A stretch of 62,938 nt of DNA, counting the filler, from Craspedostauros australis (Eukaryota), in NCBI GenBank assembly GCA_030167865.1. It is 13 parts of 13 records of this genome, joined end to end, with 100 filler letters (N's around TTAATTAATTAA, not from the genome) between each part and the next. Parts side by side here need not be neighbours in the genome. Positions count along the whole stretch, not along the records: positions 46,358 to 50,016 come from JALAGF010006585.1; positions 50,117 to 54,629 come from JALAGF010006586.1; positions 54,730 to 57,708 come from JALAGF010006588.1; 10 more parts are not named here. One strand, written 5' to 3'. This document shows, one piece after another, positions 46,630 to 57,808 of the stretch. Below the pieces are notes generated by a model. That model made no database searches, was not told the DNA's origin, and saw nothing but the letters and a program-made list of their open reading frames with translations. Each line of letters starts with the position of its first letter. Within the stretch, counting starts at the first letter, position 1. Position numbers and translations under genes: made by a program.

Positions 46630-49233
46630 TCAGAAACGGATGATGTACAGCTCAGCGTCTCCCAGGCTGCCAGCATCATCACGTTTGGCACCGAAGAACG
46701 TGACCTCGTTGCCTTCGTCAAGCTCGTTCGAGGCATCAACAGTACTGCTGGTTGCATTCGATGAATCCACCATCTCGTCATTTGTGCTGGACTTGCTGTG
46801 TCCCATCGATATGATGCTCTTGAACAGGGGGCTGTAGAGTCTGCATCCTTCTCTTCCTGTCTTCAAGGACGATACGTCGATAATCACGGCTTCCTTCGCA
46901 TCCGAGCCATCCCGACCAGTCTTGGTCATTCCATCCTTCTCAAAGTACATCGCGAGATGATCAAAGTCGGATGGCGCAGAAATGGGAATGACGCCGTCAA
47001 GGGGGCCAAGGACCACCTGCGCCTTGCTTCTCTTGACATTTTCATCATCTATGCTATGTCGGCGCCAGTCGTGGTCTATGTTGGCATGCATTCCGAGAGT
47101 GTGCCACAGAATAGTCTTCATTTCAGGTCGGCTCATTTCCTTCACCGCCATGGAGGACATGATGGCACAGCTGACAAGGGTGCTCGCCATCGACCTGGAC
47201 GCAAGAGACGTGTCTGTCAAAGATCCTTCCAACGAACCCTCATCCCTGCATCCCACCAGCATCCAAATACATAGGAGCTGCATTGCGGGATCAACCTCGA
47301 ATGGTAGAGGGCGGTTGATTTCATGATAGTCCCAAACATGATCTGTGAATGGAGATGGTGTTGTCATCTTGTAGCGATTGGCAAGCTCTCGCATTGGATA
47401 CTTGTCTTCATCATCGAAGATCTCCAAGTCGATACCGTACTCCATACCATGCGCAATCATGCAAGCAGTTTTGTACGAATGCTTCCCTGTGTACCTTGAC
47501 TGGAATAGATGGGTGGCGAGTACTCGTGCTGCCACCCTTGCCCGATCCCCAGGTTGGTCCAACAGTGCTTGCATCTCATTGGTCTGCATGAAGTTGTGGA
47601 GCACGGTGGAGATGAGCACATCCTGTCCTGCAGACGTTTGGTAGCACTGTGCTGTTGTGGAACAGAGCGCGGACAGCATGATCGATGCCATCGTTGGATT
47701 GTTCATCACGATGGTCTTCAGGATGGGGTGCTCACTCAGGCCTTCCCAAGAAGGGTATCGACCTTCATCATGTTTGTACTGTTCGCACATGCCGTTGTAA
47801 GTCATTTCAGGTTCTCGAATGGCACATGGTCGGGTGTATACAACTCGACCTTGGCATTTATACGGTGGCAGTTCGACTACGCCATTCGTCACGACGGCAA
47901 ATTGTACTTTGTATTGCGCAAATCCCACACTTTTAAGTTCCTGCCGTGCCACGGCGCCACCACAGCCCTCCGAGATGTATTCTGTGAGTTGACGTTCAAA
48001 ATATTCTTTGTGGATGCATCTCGCGATCATATTGACAAGGTTTGTCAGGTGGTATGCATTGTCAATCGCGATCATGAAAGTGAATTGTTCGCAGGCGGTG
48101 TCTGGGTCGCATCTCATGCGTCTCTGGATCCTGGCGCTTTCATCCATGACAACCAACTGTTCGTTCAGCTTCTTGATGACTTCGGGATGTTTCTTTGCAA
48201 CTTCATGGATGTGCTTTTTCAGGAACTCGAGAACTTGGTCGGAGTCCCTATCGCCGTCCTTGCACGCAGGAATGTCTTCCTCGATGCTCAGCATCATAGT
48301 CAGACAGCCTTTGCGAAGGTAGGAGCTCGCTGCGAGATCGATGCTCTTCCCTGTGCCGCTTGCAGAAAGGTACACAAACATTTTGGGAATTTGAATTATT
48401 CCGTGGCAGTATTCTGACAAGTCTGGCCGATCCAAGCGTAGAAGGCGCAGCTCATTGATATACTTCTTGAGTTTCGAATCGCCTTCTCCAATGTAGCTCG
48501 TTGTCTCGATAGTTGTCCTGTAGTGAGGTCCAGCGCGAATCACAAGATACCGGGGTGGAAAGGACACCGGCGGTTTCACAACTTGCTTCGGTGGGAGCTT
48601 GACCACCTCAACAGGGCTTGCTGTATCAGCCGTATCAGCCTTGCTGCTGTGGTCTGGCTCATGGATGTGACCGATGATCTTGCTCGCATGTTCCTCCCAT
48701 TTGAGCCACTTGAAAAGGAGGTTGGATGGGAACGTGGTGACGAAACGTTCGCAATCAGAGGAGACCTGAGACGGAGTGCGGTCAAAGCCTCTCACACTTC
48801 CAATGATCATGTATCTCGCACCTTGCACACCCTTGTGGAGTTCTTGAGGGTGGGGCTTCAACTTCTCTCTCATCGTGGCCTCATCCAGCTTGTGATTCCA
48901 GATCCCACGGTCGTTGAAGAGCACCTCGCATCGGATGGCATCGTAAAGGATCTTGTTGGCTGGCTTGGTGCCATCCTGACCATCCGTAAACTCAGAGTCG
49001 TAGGTGGCTTTGGCAGTTCGGTTCTTGGTGAGGATGGCATTGAGCTGCTTGTCGAAGTCACTGAATGAGAGTGGCGATGCTGGATCAACCAGCTGCTTCT
49101 TCAGCTCGCTCAGAGCTTCATCGTTCGCCTTCAGGAATCGATATGGGTCACTCTCCGCCATGTTTTCTGCATGTGGTTTCGATTCACTGTGTGCGCTCAT
49201 CTTCGTGTTCATGGAGAGGCTGTATGGATGCAT
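46630..49233 (-). CDS. Hypothetical P-loop NTPase, intronless (possibly Crinkler/RHS-type NTPase family)
   Basis: Intact ORF, first ATG at 49233; Walker A-like VYLSASGTGKS, Walker B-like FMIAIDNA, downstream LKTIVMNNPTMASI. Confidence 0.6.
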   Translation of the reverse strand: MHPYSLSMNTKMSAHSESKPHAENMAESDPYRFLKANDEALSELKKQLVDPASPLSFSDFDKQLNAILTKNRTAKATYDSEFTDGQDGTKPANKILYDAIRCEVLFNDRGIWNHKLDEATMREKLKPHPQELHKGVQGARYMIIGSVRGFDRTPSQVSSDCERFVTTFPSNLLFKWLKWEEHASKIIGHIHEPDHSSKADTADTASPVEVVKLPPKQVVKPPVSFPPRYLVIRAGPHYRTTIETTSYIGEGDSKLKKYINELRLLRLDRPDLSEYCHGIIQIPKMFVYLSASGTGKSIDLAASSYLRKGCLTMMLSIEEDIPACKDGDRDSDQVLEFLKKHIHEVAKKHPEVIKKLNEQLVVMDESARIQRRMRCDPDTACEQFTFMIAIDNAYHLTNLVNMIARCIHKEYFERQLTEYISEGCGGAVARQELKSVGFAQYKVQFAVVTNGVVELPPYKCQGRVVYTRPCAIREPEMTYNGMCEQYKHDEGRYPSWEGLSEHPILKTIVMNNPTMASIMLSALCSTTAQCYQTSAGQDVLISTVLHNFMQTNEMQALLDQPGDRARVAARVLATHLFQSRYTGKHSYKTACMIAHGMEYGIDLEIFDDEDKYPMRELANRYKMTTPSPFTDHVWDYHEINRPLPFEVDPAMQLLCIWMLVGCRDEGSLEGSLTDTSLASRSMASTLVSCAIMSSMAVKEMSRPEMKTILWHTLGMHANIDHDWRRHSIDDENVKRSKAQVVLGPLDGVIPISAPSDFDHLAMYFEKDGMTKTGRDGSDAKEAVIIDVSSLKTGREGCRLYSPLFKSIISMGHSKSSTNDEMVDSSNATSSTVDASNELDEGNEVTFFGAKRDDAGSLGDAELYIIRF

Positions 49234-50116
49234 AGTGGGTGGCAAGAGGACAAGGGATGGTCGTTTCTGACCATCGTTGTTGCGGAGTCGTGAGTTTTGA
49301 TGCGAGTGTGGCGAAGACAGGGGTCGTGAGAGCAGCCATGGCTCTGTGCCAACGGCGTTGAATGATCTTCATGGTCAAGTCAGGGCAACAGCTGAGAGAT
49401 GCATGATTGTGGACTTACAAGCGGATTGTATTTTGTGGGCTTTGTCTCTGATGGGCTTTGTTGTTGTTGTTATTGTCGTTGGATGAGCGATGTGCGAATG
49501 ATGGAGCGCCAAGGAGTGCTGCAAGTCTGGTACGAGTACGAGCATGATGGCAGCATGTGTAGCAGGACGAGTATGGTAGGGTGTGGGGCAATGCGATGCA
49601 AGTCCGTGAGATGCGATGGATGGTGATGCGATGGATGGTGATGCGATGCATGGTAACACACGGGAAGCGGCAGTCGAGTAATACAAGTGCCCAAGTTGTG
49701 AGACTTGAGCAACGGCTGTATCGTTTTGTGTCTGTATCTCTCTTCACTCGCACCTTGGTCTACTCGCAGAGTAAGACTGAACGTTGCGGCAGTATCGCAC
49801 GAACCATTCACTTCCAACCGATCAAAGGAATTTCGGGTTTTTCTGGGATCACAGGAAAACCTCAGTTGGAAGGATCTGATCAACACGGTCACTGCTCACC
49901 GTGGAAGGTGAAAGATGTCATGAGCAACATCTGATCGAGTACGAGTAGGTATAACATTGGTGGGAGTATCACCATGTGAAGAGCGTGGGTACTCATAGGA
50001 AGTGCAGTATGGTAAGNNNNNNNNNNNNNNNNNNNNNNNNNNNNNNNNNNNNNNNNNNNNTTAATTAATTAANNNNNNNNNNNNNNNNNNNNNNNNNNNN
50101 NNNNNNNNNNNNNNNN

Positions 50117-53100
50117 TGACCTCATCTCCTACGTTGAGCTCGCCGATATCATCGAACGGCAACAAGAGCACAGCGACGACCCTGACGCCAAGTGGGAGTT
50201 TGACTCCATCATCGGACACGAGGGTCCCCTCTCATCTTCCTCTCCCTCCTACAAGGGATCGAGCTTCAACGTCATCGTCAAATGGGGAGACGGCTCCACC
50301 TCCAACGAACCCCTCTCCATCATGATTCAGGATGATCCTGTCTCTTGCGCTGCCTACGGCCGCCGCCACGAGCTGCTCGACGAGCCTGGCTGGAAGCGCC
50401 TCAAGCGCCTCGCCATCCGCACCCATCGTCTCGAGCGCCAGGTCCACAAATCAAAGACCTTCAACCATGCTCCCACCTTCCAGTTCGGCGTCCAAGTCCC
50501 CCGCAACCACAAAGAAGCGATGCGACTCGACGACAAGAACGGCAACACTCTCTGGGCCGATGCCGAGAAGAAGGAGATGGACCAACTCTTCAGGTACCAC
50601 ACCTTCAAGTCTCTCAGCAAAGGCGCCCCTGTCCCCTCCGGCTTCCAGAAGATCCGCCTCCAATGGGTCTACGCTGTGAAGCACGACCTCCGCCACAAGG
50701 CGCGGTGCGTCGCTGGTGGACATCTCACCGACCCCTGCAAGGATGCATCCTACGCAGGTGTGGTCAGCCTCCGCTCCCTCCGACTCTCCCTTCTCGCCGG
50801 TGAACTCAACGGCATACCAACCTGGGTTGGAGACATCGGCAATGCGTATCTTGAGGCCTTCACTCAAGAACGCATCTGCTTCATCGCTGGTGACGAATTC
50901 GGTGACTTTGCTGGTCATACCATGCAGATAGTCAAGGCACTCTACGGCCTGCGCACATCGGGCGCCCGATTCCATGAGGCCCTCGCCGACACCCTTCGCG
51001 ACATGGGCTTCCTCCAATGCCGCTCCGATCCCGACGTCTGGATGCGTGACGCCACCTCCCATTGGGAGTACGTCTGCGTCTACGTCGATGATCTCACCGC
51101 GACGATGGCCGACCCCAAGGCCTTCTTCGACATCCTCTCNNNNNNNNNNNNNNNNNNNNNNNNNNNNNNNNNNNNNNNNNNNNNNNNNNTTCCGGCTTCC
51201 AGAAGATCCGCCTCCAATGGGTCTACGCTGTGAAGCACGACCTCCGCCACAAGGCGCGCTGCGTCGCTGGTGGCCATCTCACCGACCCCTGCAAGGATGC
51301 ATCCTATGCAGGTGTGGTCAGTCTTCGCTCTCTCCGCCTCTCCCTTCTCGCCGGTGAACTCAACGGCATTCCAACATGGGTTGGAGACATCGGCAATGCG
51401 TATCTTGAGGCCTTCACTCAAGAACGCATCNNNNNNNNNNNNNNNNNNNNNNNNNNNNNNNNNNNNNNNNNNNNNNNNNNCCATACCTTCAAGTCTCTTG
51501 GCAAAGGCGCCCCAGTCCCCTCCGGCTTCCAGAAGATCCGCCTCCAATGGGTCTATGCTGTGAAACACGACCTCCGCCACAAGGCGCGCTGCGTTGCTGG
51601 TGGTCATCTCACCGACCCCTGCAAGGATGCATCCTATGCAGGTGTGGTCAGTCTTCGCTCTCTCCGCCTCTCCCTCCTCGCCGGCGAACTCAANGGCATT
51701 CCAACATGGGTTGGAGACATCGGCAATGCGTATCTTGAGGCCTTCACTCAAGAACGCATCTGCTTCATCGCTGGCGACGAATTCAGTGACTTCGCTGGTC
51801 ATACCATGCAGATAGTCAAGGCACTCTACGGCCTGCGCACATCGGGCGCCCGATTCCATGAGGCTCTCGCCAACACCCTTCGCGACATGGGTTTCCTCCA
51901 GTGCCGCTCCGATCCTGACGTCTGGATGCGTGACGCCAACTCCCATTGGGAGTACGTCTGCGTCTACGTTGATGATCTCACCGCGACGATGGCCGACCCC
52001 AAGGCCTTCTTCGANANCCTCTCTTCGAAGTACGGGTACCAGCTCAAGGGAGTTGGTCCTATCAAGTACCATCTCGGTGCTGACTTCGGCCGTGATCCCG
52101 ACGGCACTCTCAAGCTCTCCCCGCAATCATACATCAAGCGGATGATGGAGAACTACGAGCGCATGTTCGGCGAGCTTCCACGCAAGATCAGCTGCCCCCT
52201 CGACAAGGCCGACAGCCCGGAGCTCGACACCTCTTCCGAACTTAGCGAAACCGACAAACGCAAGTTCATGTCACTCATCGGTGCACTCCAGTGGTGTATC
52301 TCCCTCGGGCGGTTCGACATCTCTGTCGCCGTCATGACGTTGGCACGCTTCCGCTCAGCGCCCCGCCAAGGTCATTTGGATCGCGCCAAGCGCATCTACG
52401 GATATCTTCGCAAGCACCCTGATGCTGCCATCCGCTTCCGCACCTGCGTTCCCCGCTTCGATCTTCACTACGAGGTTCCCAACCATGACTGGATCTACTC
52501 CGTCTACGGGAAGACCTCTGAGGAGATTCCGGACGACATCCCCGAGCCGAAAGGCAAACCAGTCCGAACCACCACGTTCGTCGACGCCAACCTTCTTCAC
52601 TGCCAAGTCACTGGCAGATCCGCTACCGGTGCTCTCCATCTGGTAAACCAGACCCCCATCGAATGGTTCTCCAAGCGCCAAGGCACGGTTGAGACCGCCA
52701 CCTATGGGTCCGAGTTCGATGCTGCCCGTCAAGCTACAGAGCAGATCATCTCCCTTCGCCTCGCTCTCCGCGAGATGGGCATTCCAATCGACGGCCCCAG
52801 CTGGATGCTGGGTGACAATCAGTCCGTCATCACCTCCTCCACGGTCCCCAAGAGCATGCTCTCCAAGNNNNNNNNNNNNNNNNNNNNNNNNNNNNNNNNN
52901 NNNNNNNNNNNNNNNNNNNNNNNNNNNNNNNNNNNNNNNNNNGGCACGCAGAACGTCGCCGACGTGATGACGAAGTTCCTCCCGTGGGCTGTCTTCTGGC
53001 CCCTCGTGAAGCCCATCCTCTTCTGGAAAGGGCACACCGAGTCCTCTTCCCCGACCTACAAGACCTGANNNNNNNNNNNNNNNNNNNNNNNNNNNNNNNN

Positions 53101-54308
53101 NNNNNNNNNNNNNNNNNNTCCCCGCTTCGATCTTCACTACGAGGTTCCCAACCATGACTGGATCTACTCCGTCTATGGGAAGACCTCTGAGGAGATTCCG
53201 GATGATGTCCCCGAGCCGAAAGGCAAGCCTGTCCGAACCACCACGTTCGTCGACGCCCATCTCCTTCTCTGCCAAGTCACTGGCAGATCGGCCACCGGTG
53301 CCCTCCATCTGGTGAACCAGACTCCCATCGAGTGGTTCTCCAAGCGACAGGGTACGGTAGAGACCGCCACCTACGGATCTGAGTTCGTTGCCGCTCGACA
53401 GGCAACTGAGCAGATCATCTCCCTTCGCCTCGCTCTCCGTGAGATGGGTATCCCGATCGACGGCCCCAGCTGGATGCTGGGTGACAACCAGTCCGTCATC
53501 ACCTCCTCCACGGTCCCCAAGAGCATGCTCTCCAAGCGCCACAACGCACTGGCCTACCATCGAGTCCGGTCCGCTGTCGCCGCTGGCATCCTCTACTTCA
53601 TCAAGATCCCCGGCACCCAGAACGTCGCCGATGTGATGACCAAGTTTCTTCCATGGGCCGTCTTCTGGCCCCTCGTGAAGCCTATCCTATTCTGGAAAGG
53701 ACACACTGAGCCCACTTCCTCGACCTCCAAGACCTGAATGTCCGGGACACGCTTTGGGGAGTATTAGCGCAACGCTATATTCCTAACAATAGCGACACNN
53801 NNNNNNNNNNNNNNNNNNNNNNNNNNNNNNNNNNNNNNNNNNNNNNNNNNNNNNNNNNNNNNNNNNNNNNNNNNNNNNNNNNNNNNNNNNNNNNNNNNNN
53901 NNNNNNNNNNNNNNNNNNNNNNNNNNNNNNNNNNNNNNNNNNNNNNNNNNNNNNNNNNNNNNNNNNNTTCTTGCCAAGATGAACCACTCTGTCCAATCAG
54001 GACAGACTTCGGTCTTGGGTCCGATAAATACGGAACTGTCCCCAACCTTCTCGAGTGAATACGATCAATCGTGTGATCGTTCTACTCGCAACATCGTGAG
54101 GAGTTGCACCCTACAACACGGCGTATCGCGGTGTTTGTTTTCTGACTTTTGCAAATCTGAACCCACGCAGTAACACACACATTTGTCGTGTTGTCTCCGT
54201 GTTATATTCCATCTGCAATTGCATGAGACCTGCAAGTTGCCTCTCATGCTCACAGTTCCAAGATCTCAATCTTTGGAGCTCGACAGTCTTCACCTACTCA
54301 TACGAATA
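50117..54308 (+). mobile_element. Ty1/copia (CoDi-type) 3' part: chromo-like domain, RT, RNase H, PPT, 3' LTR; mosaic of several copies
   Basis: RHKARCVAGGH, DIGNAYL, KALYGL, YVDD, FVDAN, ETATYGSEF, GDNQSV, NVADVMTK; stop at 53737; PPT GGGGAG at 53756-53761. Confidence 0.95.
53762..54308 (+). repeat. Candidate 3' LTR with TATT...AATA ends
   Basis: Starts directly after the PPT with TATTAG; TATA-like GATAAATA at ~54024; CGAATA at 54303-54308 just before a gap. Confidence 0.55.
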
Positions 54309-54406
54309 ANNNNNNNNNCAAACAATCATCCTCACCAACAACTACGAATTGATCACTCTGCGTTTTCGGTGCGGTACCCTACCCATATTCGATTTCGTTC
54401 TATCAC

Positions 54407-54629
54407 GCCATAGATGAGATGATGGTTCAATTCAAGGGAAGATCTGCACAGATGCATCACATGTAGCAGAAGCCAATCAAGGAAGGCTACAAATTCTATT
54501 CCCTTTGCTGCTCAGCCTCAGGGTTCATGTTCCATGTGCTGCCATTGGGGCACCTGGACAAAACCACCAGGATCAACAACACAGTCGCAGAGCTGCTTGC
54601 CAAACTCAATCCTGCTGACAAGCATGTTG
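54407..54629 (+). pseudogene. piggyBac-type transposase fragment (DDE_Tnp_1_7-like)
   Basis: AIDEMMVQFKGRSAQMHHM*QKPIKEGYKFYSLCCSASGF, with an in-frame TAG. Confidence 0.8.
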
Positions 54630-54729
54630 NNNNNNNNNNNNNNNNNNNNNNNNNNNNNNNNNNNNNNNNNNNNTTAATTAATTAANNNNNNNNNNNNNNN
54701 NNNNNNNNNNNNNNNNNNNNNNNNNNNNN

Positions 54730-57708
54730 GCGTCGCGACATGAACAACGGATGGTGTCCGTTGTGCCTCAAGCGCGGGCCTCTCTACGCATGGTGCGTGG
54801 ACTGCCCGAACATACCCTTCTTCATCCAGCTCGCCAACGAGCCAAGAGGTGCCGTGCCTAGCAACGAAGGCGAAAGGATGGTGCGCAGAGAGGTGCTAGA
54901 TGAGACGAGCGGATTATTATTCGTGACCGCCCGATGCTCGTTGAGCAACGTCCTTTCACCAAACGACGTCCGGTCCGAACTCTCCCTCATCTGCATCGAC
55001 GCAGTNNNNNNNNNNNNNNNNNNNNNNNNNNNNNNNNNNNNNNNNNNNNNNNNNNNNNNNNNNNNNNNNNNNNNNNNNNNNNNNNNNNNNNNNNNNNNCT
55101 GTGTTAATGCATACCGGATGAACGGAATGCTAGAGAGCGTTCGCCTCCAGCCAATCCAACAGGCGCTCATCGGAGCCATGAGCAGCATCGCATCGGAGCA
55201 GCTGATGTGGATGCACCACCCGAGCATCAACGGCATCCGTGAATATCGCACCCACTGCGAGTTAACACTGTACAGCAATGCCAACGGCCACGAAATGGCA
55301 ATGGTGATCGGCGACTTGGACAACGTCGATACGCGCAAGTCGACCATCGCACCCGACCGCCNNNNNNNNNNNNNNNNNNNNNNNNNNNNNNNNNNNNNNN
55401 NNNNNNNNNNNNNNNNNNNNNNNNNNNNNNNNNNNNNNNNNNNNNNNNNNNNNNNNNNNNNNNNNNNNNNNNNNNNNNNNNNNNNNNNNNNNNNNNNNNN
55501 NNNNNNNNNNNNNNNNNNNNNNNNNNNNNNNNNNNNNNNNNNNNNNNNNNNNNNNNNNNCCTGAGCTATGGGTCAACCTCTTGAGCATCAACAAGGCTCT
55601 CGAAAACGGTTTCGATATTAGCAACCGAGGTGTGATCATGTCCCTGGAGAAGAAGGGACAACGCATTCGCTTCGATCGCATCATGGCGACGCACAGCGGA
55701 TTTGTGAGTGGCGTGAACATGATAGCCGCTCCTGCACACGACGATCAAGCCAACGTCGGAGTGTCGACGAAGAAACCGATCGACATCAACAAAATCCATA
55801 AAATGTTAGGCCATGTTGACACTTACACCATCTCTCGCACTGCGGGACGATACGGATGGAATGTCACAGGAAGCTGAACGCTTGTGTGGATTGCGCGATC
55901 GGCAAATCGCGACAACGGGGATTGACGAAGACTCTACAGCCGAGAGCAAAGAAAGTTGGAGAGCGACTGTTCATGGACACATCGAGTGTTCAGACGTACA
56001 GTTTCGGCCGAGGCAAATACTGGCTTCTGATCATCGACGATTACAGTGATTACTGCTGGAGTTTCTTTGTGAGAGAAAAGAGTGACGTCGGATCCAAGAT
56101 GGTGGGGTTATTACGGTGGCTTCAGGCGAATCAGGAAGTGAGCGTGAAAAATGTGAGGTGCGACAACGCGGGAGAAAATTACTCAACGGAGAAGCAACTA
56201 CTTAACGCTGGGTTCGGACCGACTTTCGAGTACACCGCCGCGGCCACTCCCCAACAAAATGGTCGCGTGGAGCGAAAATTCGCGGTACTATACGGAAAGG
56301 TGAGGGCCATGCTAAACCAGACGCATCTGCCGAAGAGCTCTCGAAGTAAGCTGTGGGCAGAAGCAGCTCGCACAGCCACGCAATTGGAGAACATCATCGG
56401 AACAAAGACAAGAGAACCAGCTTGCATCCTATTCAACGAGCAGATCCCCACCTACGTAGATGGACTGCGTACATTCGGGGAAATAGGGATGGTCCACATC
56501 GGAGGACGAACGATCAAAGCGAAGCTGGATAGCAGATCCAAACCGGCTATGTTCGTCGGATACGGCCAGTCGCATGCTAGTGGTGTGTACCGGATGCTGA
56601 ATCTAACTACAACGAGAATCCTAATCACAAGAGACGTGACATGGATGAACCAGTCATATGGGCAGTTCAAGGGTATTGCGAACGCCAACAGGTCAGTACT
56701 GATAGACCTGGAAGATGACGACTCTACATCGGAGATACCTTCCCCGAATAATAGAGTAACTTGGGAGCGACGTGAGGATACCATCAAGGGAATGGAGACC
56801 GACGACGCAGATCAGAGCAGAGGAGCCGGAATTGATGTAGATACAGAAGACGCTGCTCAAGGGCAAGATGACTTGCTCCCCACCCAAGGGGATGACGATT
56901 CGTACGATGATAACGACGATGAATCCGGAAGGGACAACGAGAAGAGACCACACGATCAAGACGAGGTCCCAGTCGCAACACCTGTTAGAAGCATGCCAAG
57001 GATGCTGAAGGCTCTCGCAGGGTTCAACAATTCACCCATTCCAATGGAGGAACGAGACCTAGGATCCAGTGGAGAGTCAGAATCAGATGAAGGAGAGAAT
57101 GAGACTACTCCAACAACGACTACCACACCATTGGCAACAGGAGGACAGAATTTCCACACGAATTGGTCAACATTCAACAGAGACGTCGCAGGTATGATGA
57201 TAGATACTACTCATGGTAAGATGAGACTCGATGACTTCATCACTGCGAGCCAAGGATTGGATCAACAATCACTCGAAGAGGGGTACGAGCAAGCTAATGT
57301 CGCAATGATGCTAGACCCAACCACCTTCGAAGAATGCTGGGATCATGCGGATCCCGAGAAGAGAGTGAAGTGGCGGGAGGCCATCAACAAGGAGTTCAAC
57401 GATATGGCCAGAAGAGAAGTATGGGAGAAGATCAAGATGAACCAAATGCCGAAGGATCGGCGATGCGTGAAGACCAAATGGGTGTTCAAGGAGAAGAGGA
57501 ANNNNNNNNNNNNNNNNNNNCTCGTCGCATGCGGATACTCGCAGATTGCAGGGGTTGACTTCTCAGCACACCACGCACCAGTGATACACGACGCAACCTA
57601 CCGCGTCATGCTCACAATGAAGACGTTGTTACACTTGGACAGCATCATTATCGACTTTGAGACAGCATTCTTACATGGAGAGCTCGAGGAGGAGATCTAC
57701 ATGCGATG
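54730..57708 (+). mobile_element. Ty1/copia internal fragment related to 37719-41493: accessory domain, PR end, IN, RT start
   Basis: WCPLCLKRGPLYAWC; IHKMLGH...CVDC (frameshift near 55875); RCDNAGEN, QQNGRVER, RDVTW, LVACGYSQ, ETAFLHG. Confidence 0.92.
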
Positions 57709-57808
57709 NNNNNNNNNNNNNNNNNNNNNNNNNNNNNNNNNNNNNNNNNNNNTTAATTAATTAANNNNNNNNNNNNNNNNNNNNNNNNNNNNNNNNNNNN
57801 NNNNNNNN

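Noticed and set aside
42824..53560. Long antisense ORFs (42824..44212, 47509..48417, 51080..52126, 52355..53560; also 1771..2571, 13041..13337, 40164..40988)
   Set aside because: These are shadows of codon-biased sense genes with no motifs of their own, and several run through N-gaps.
4369..57764. Recurring TTAATTAATTAA palindrome as a biological motif
   Set aside because: It is always centred in a 100-bp N spacer and is a standard all-frame-stop linker added during scaffold concatenation.
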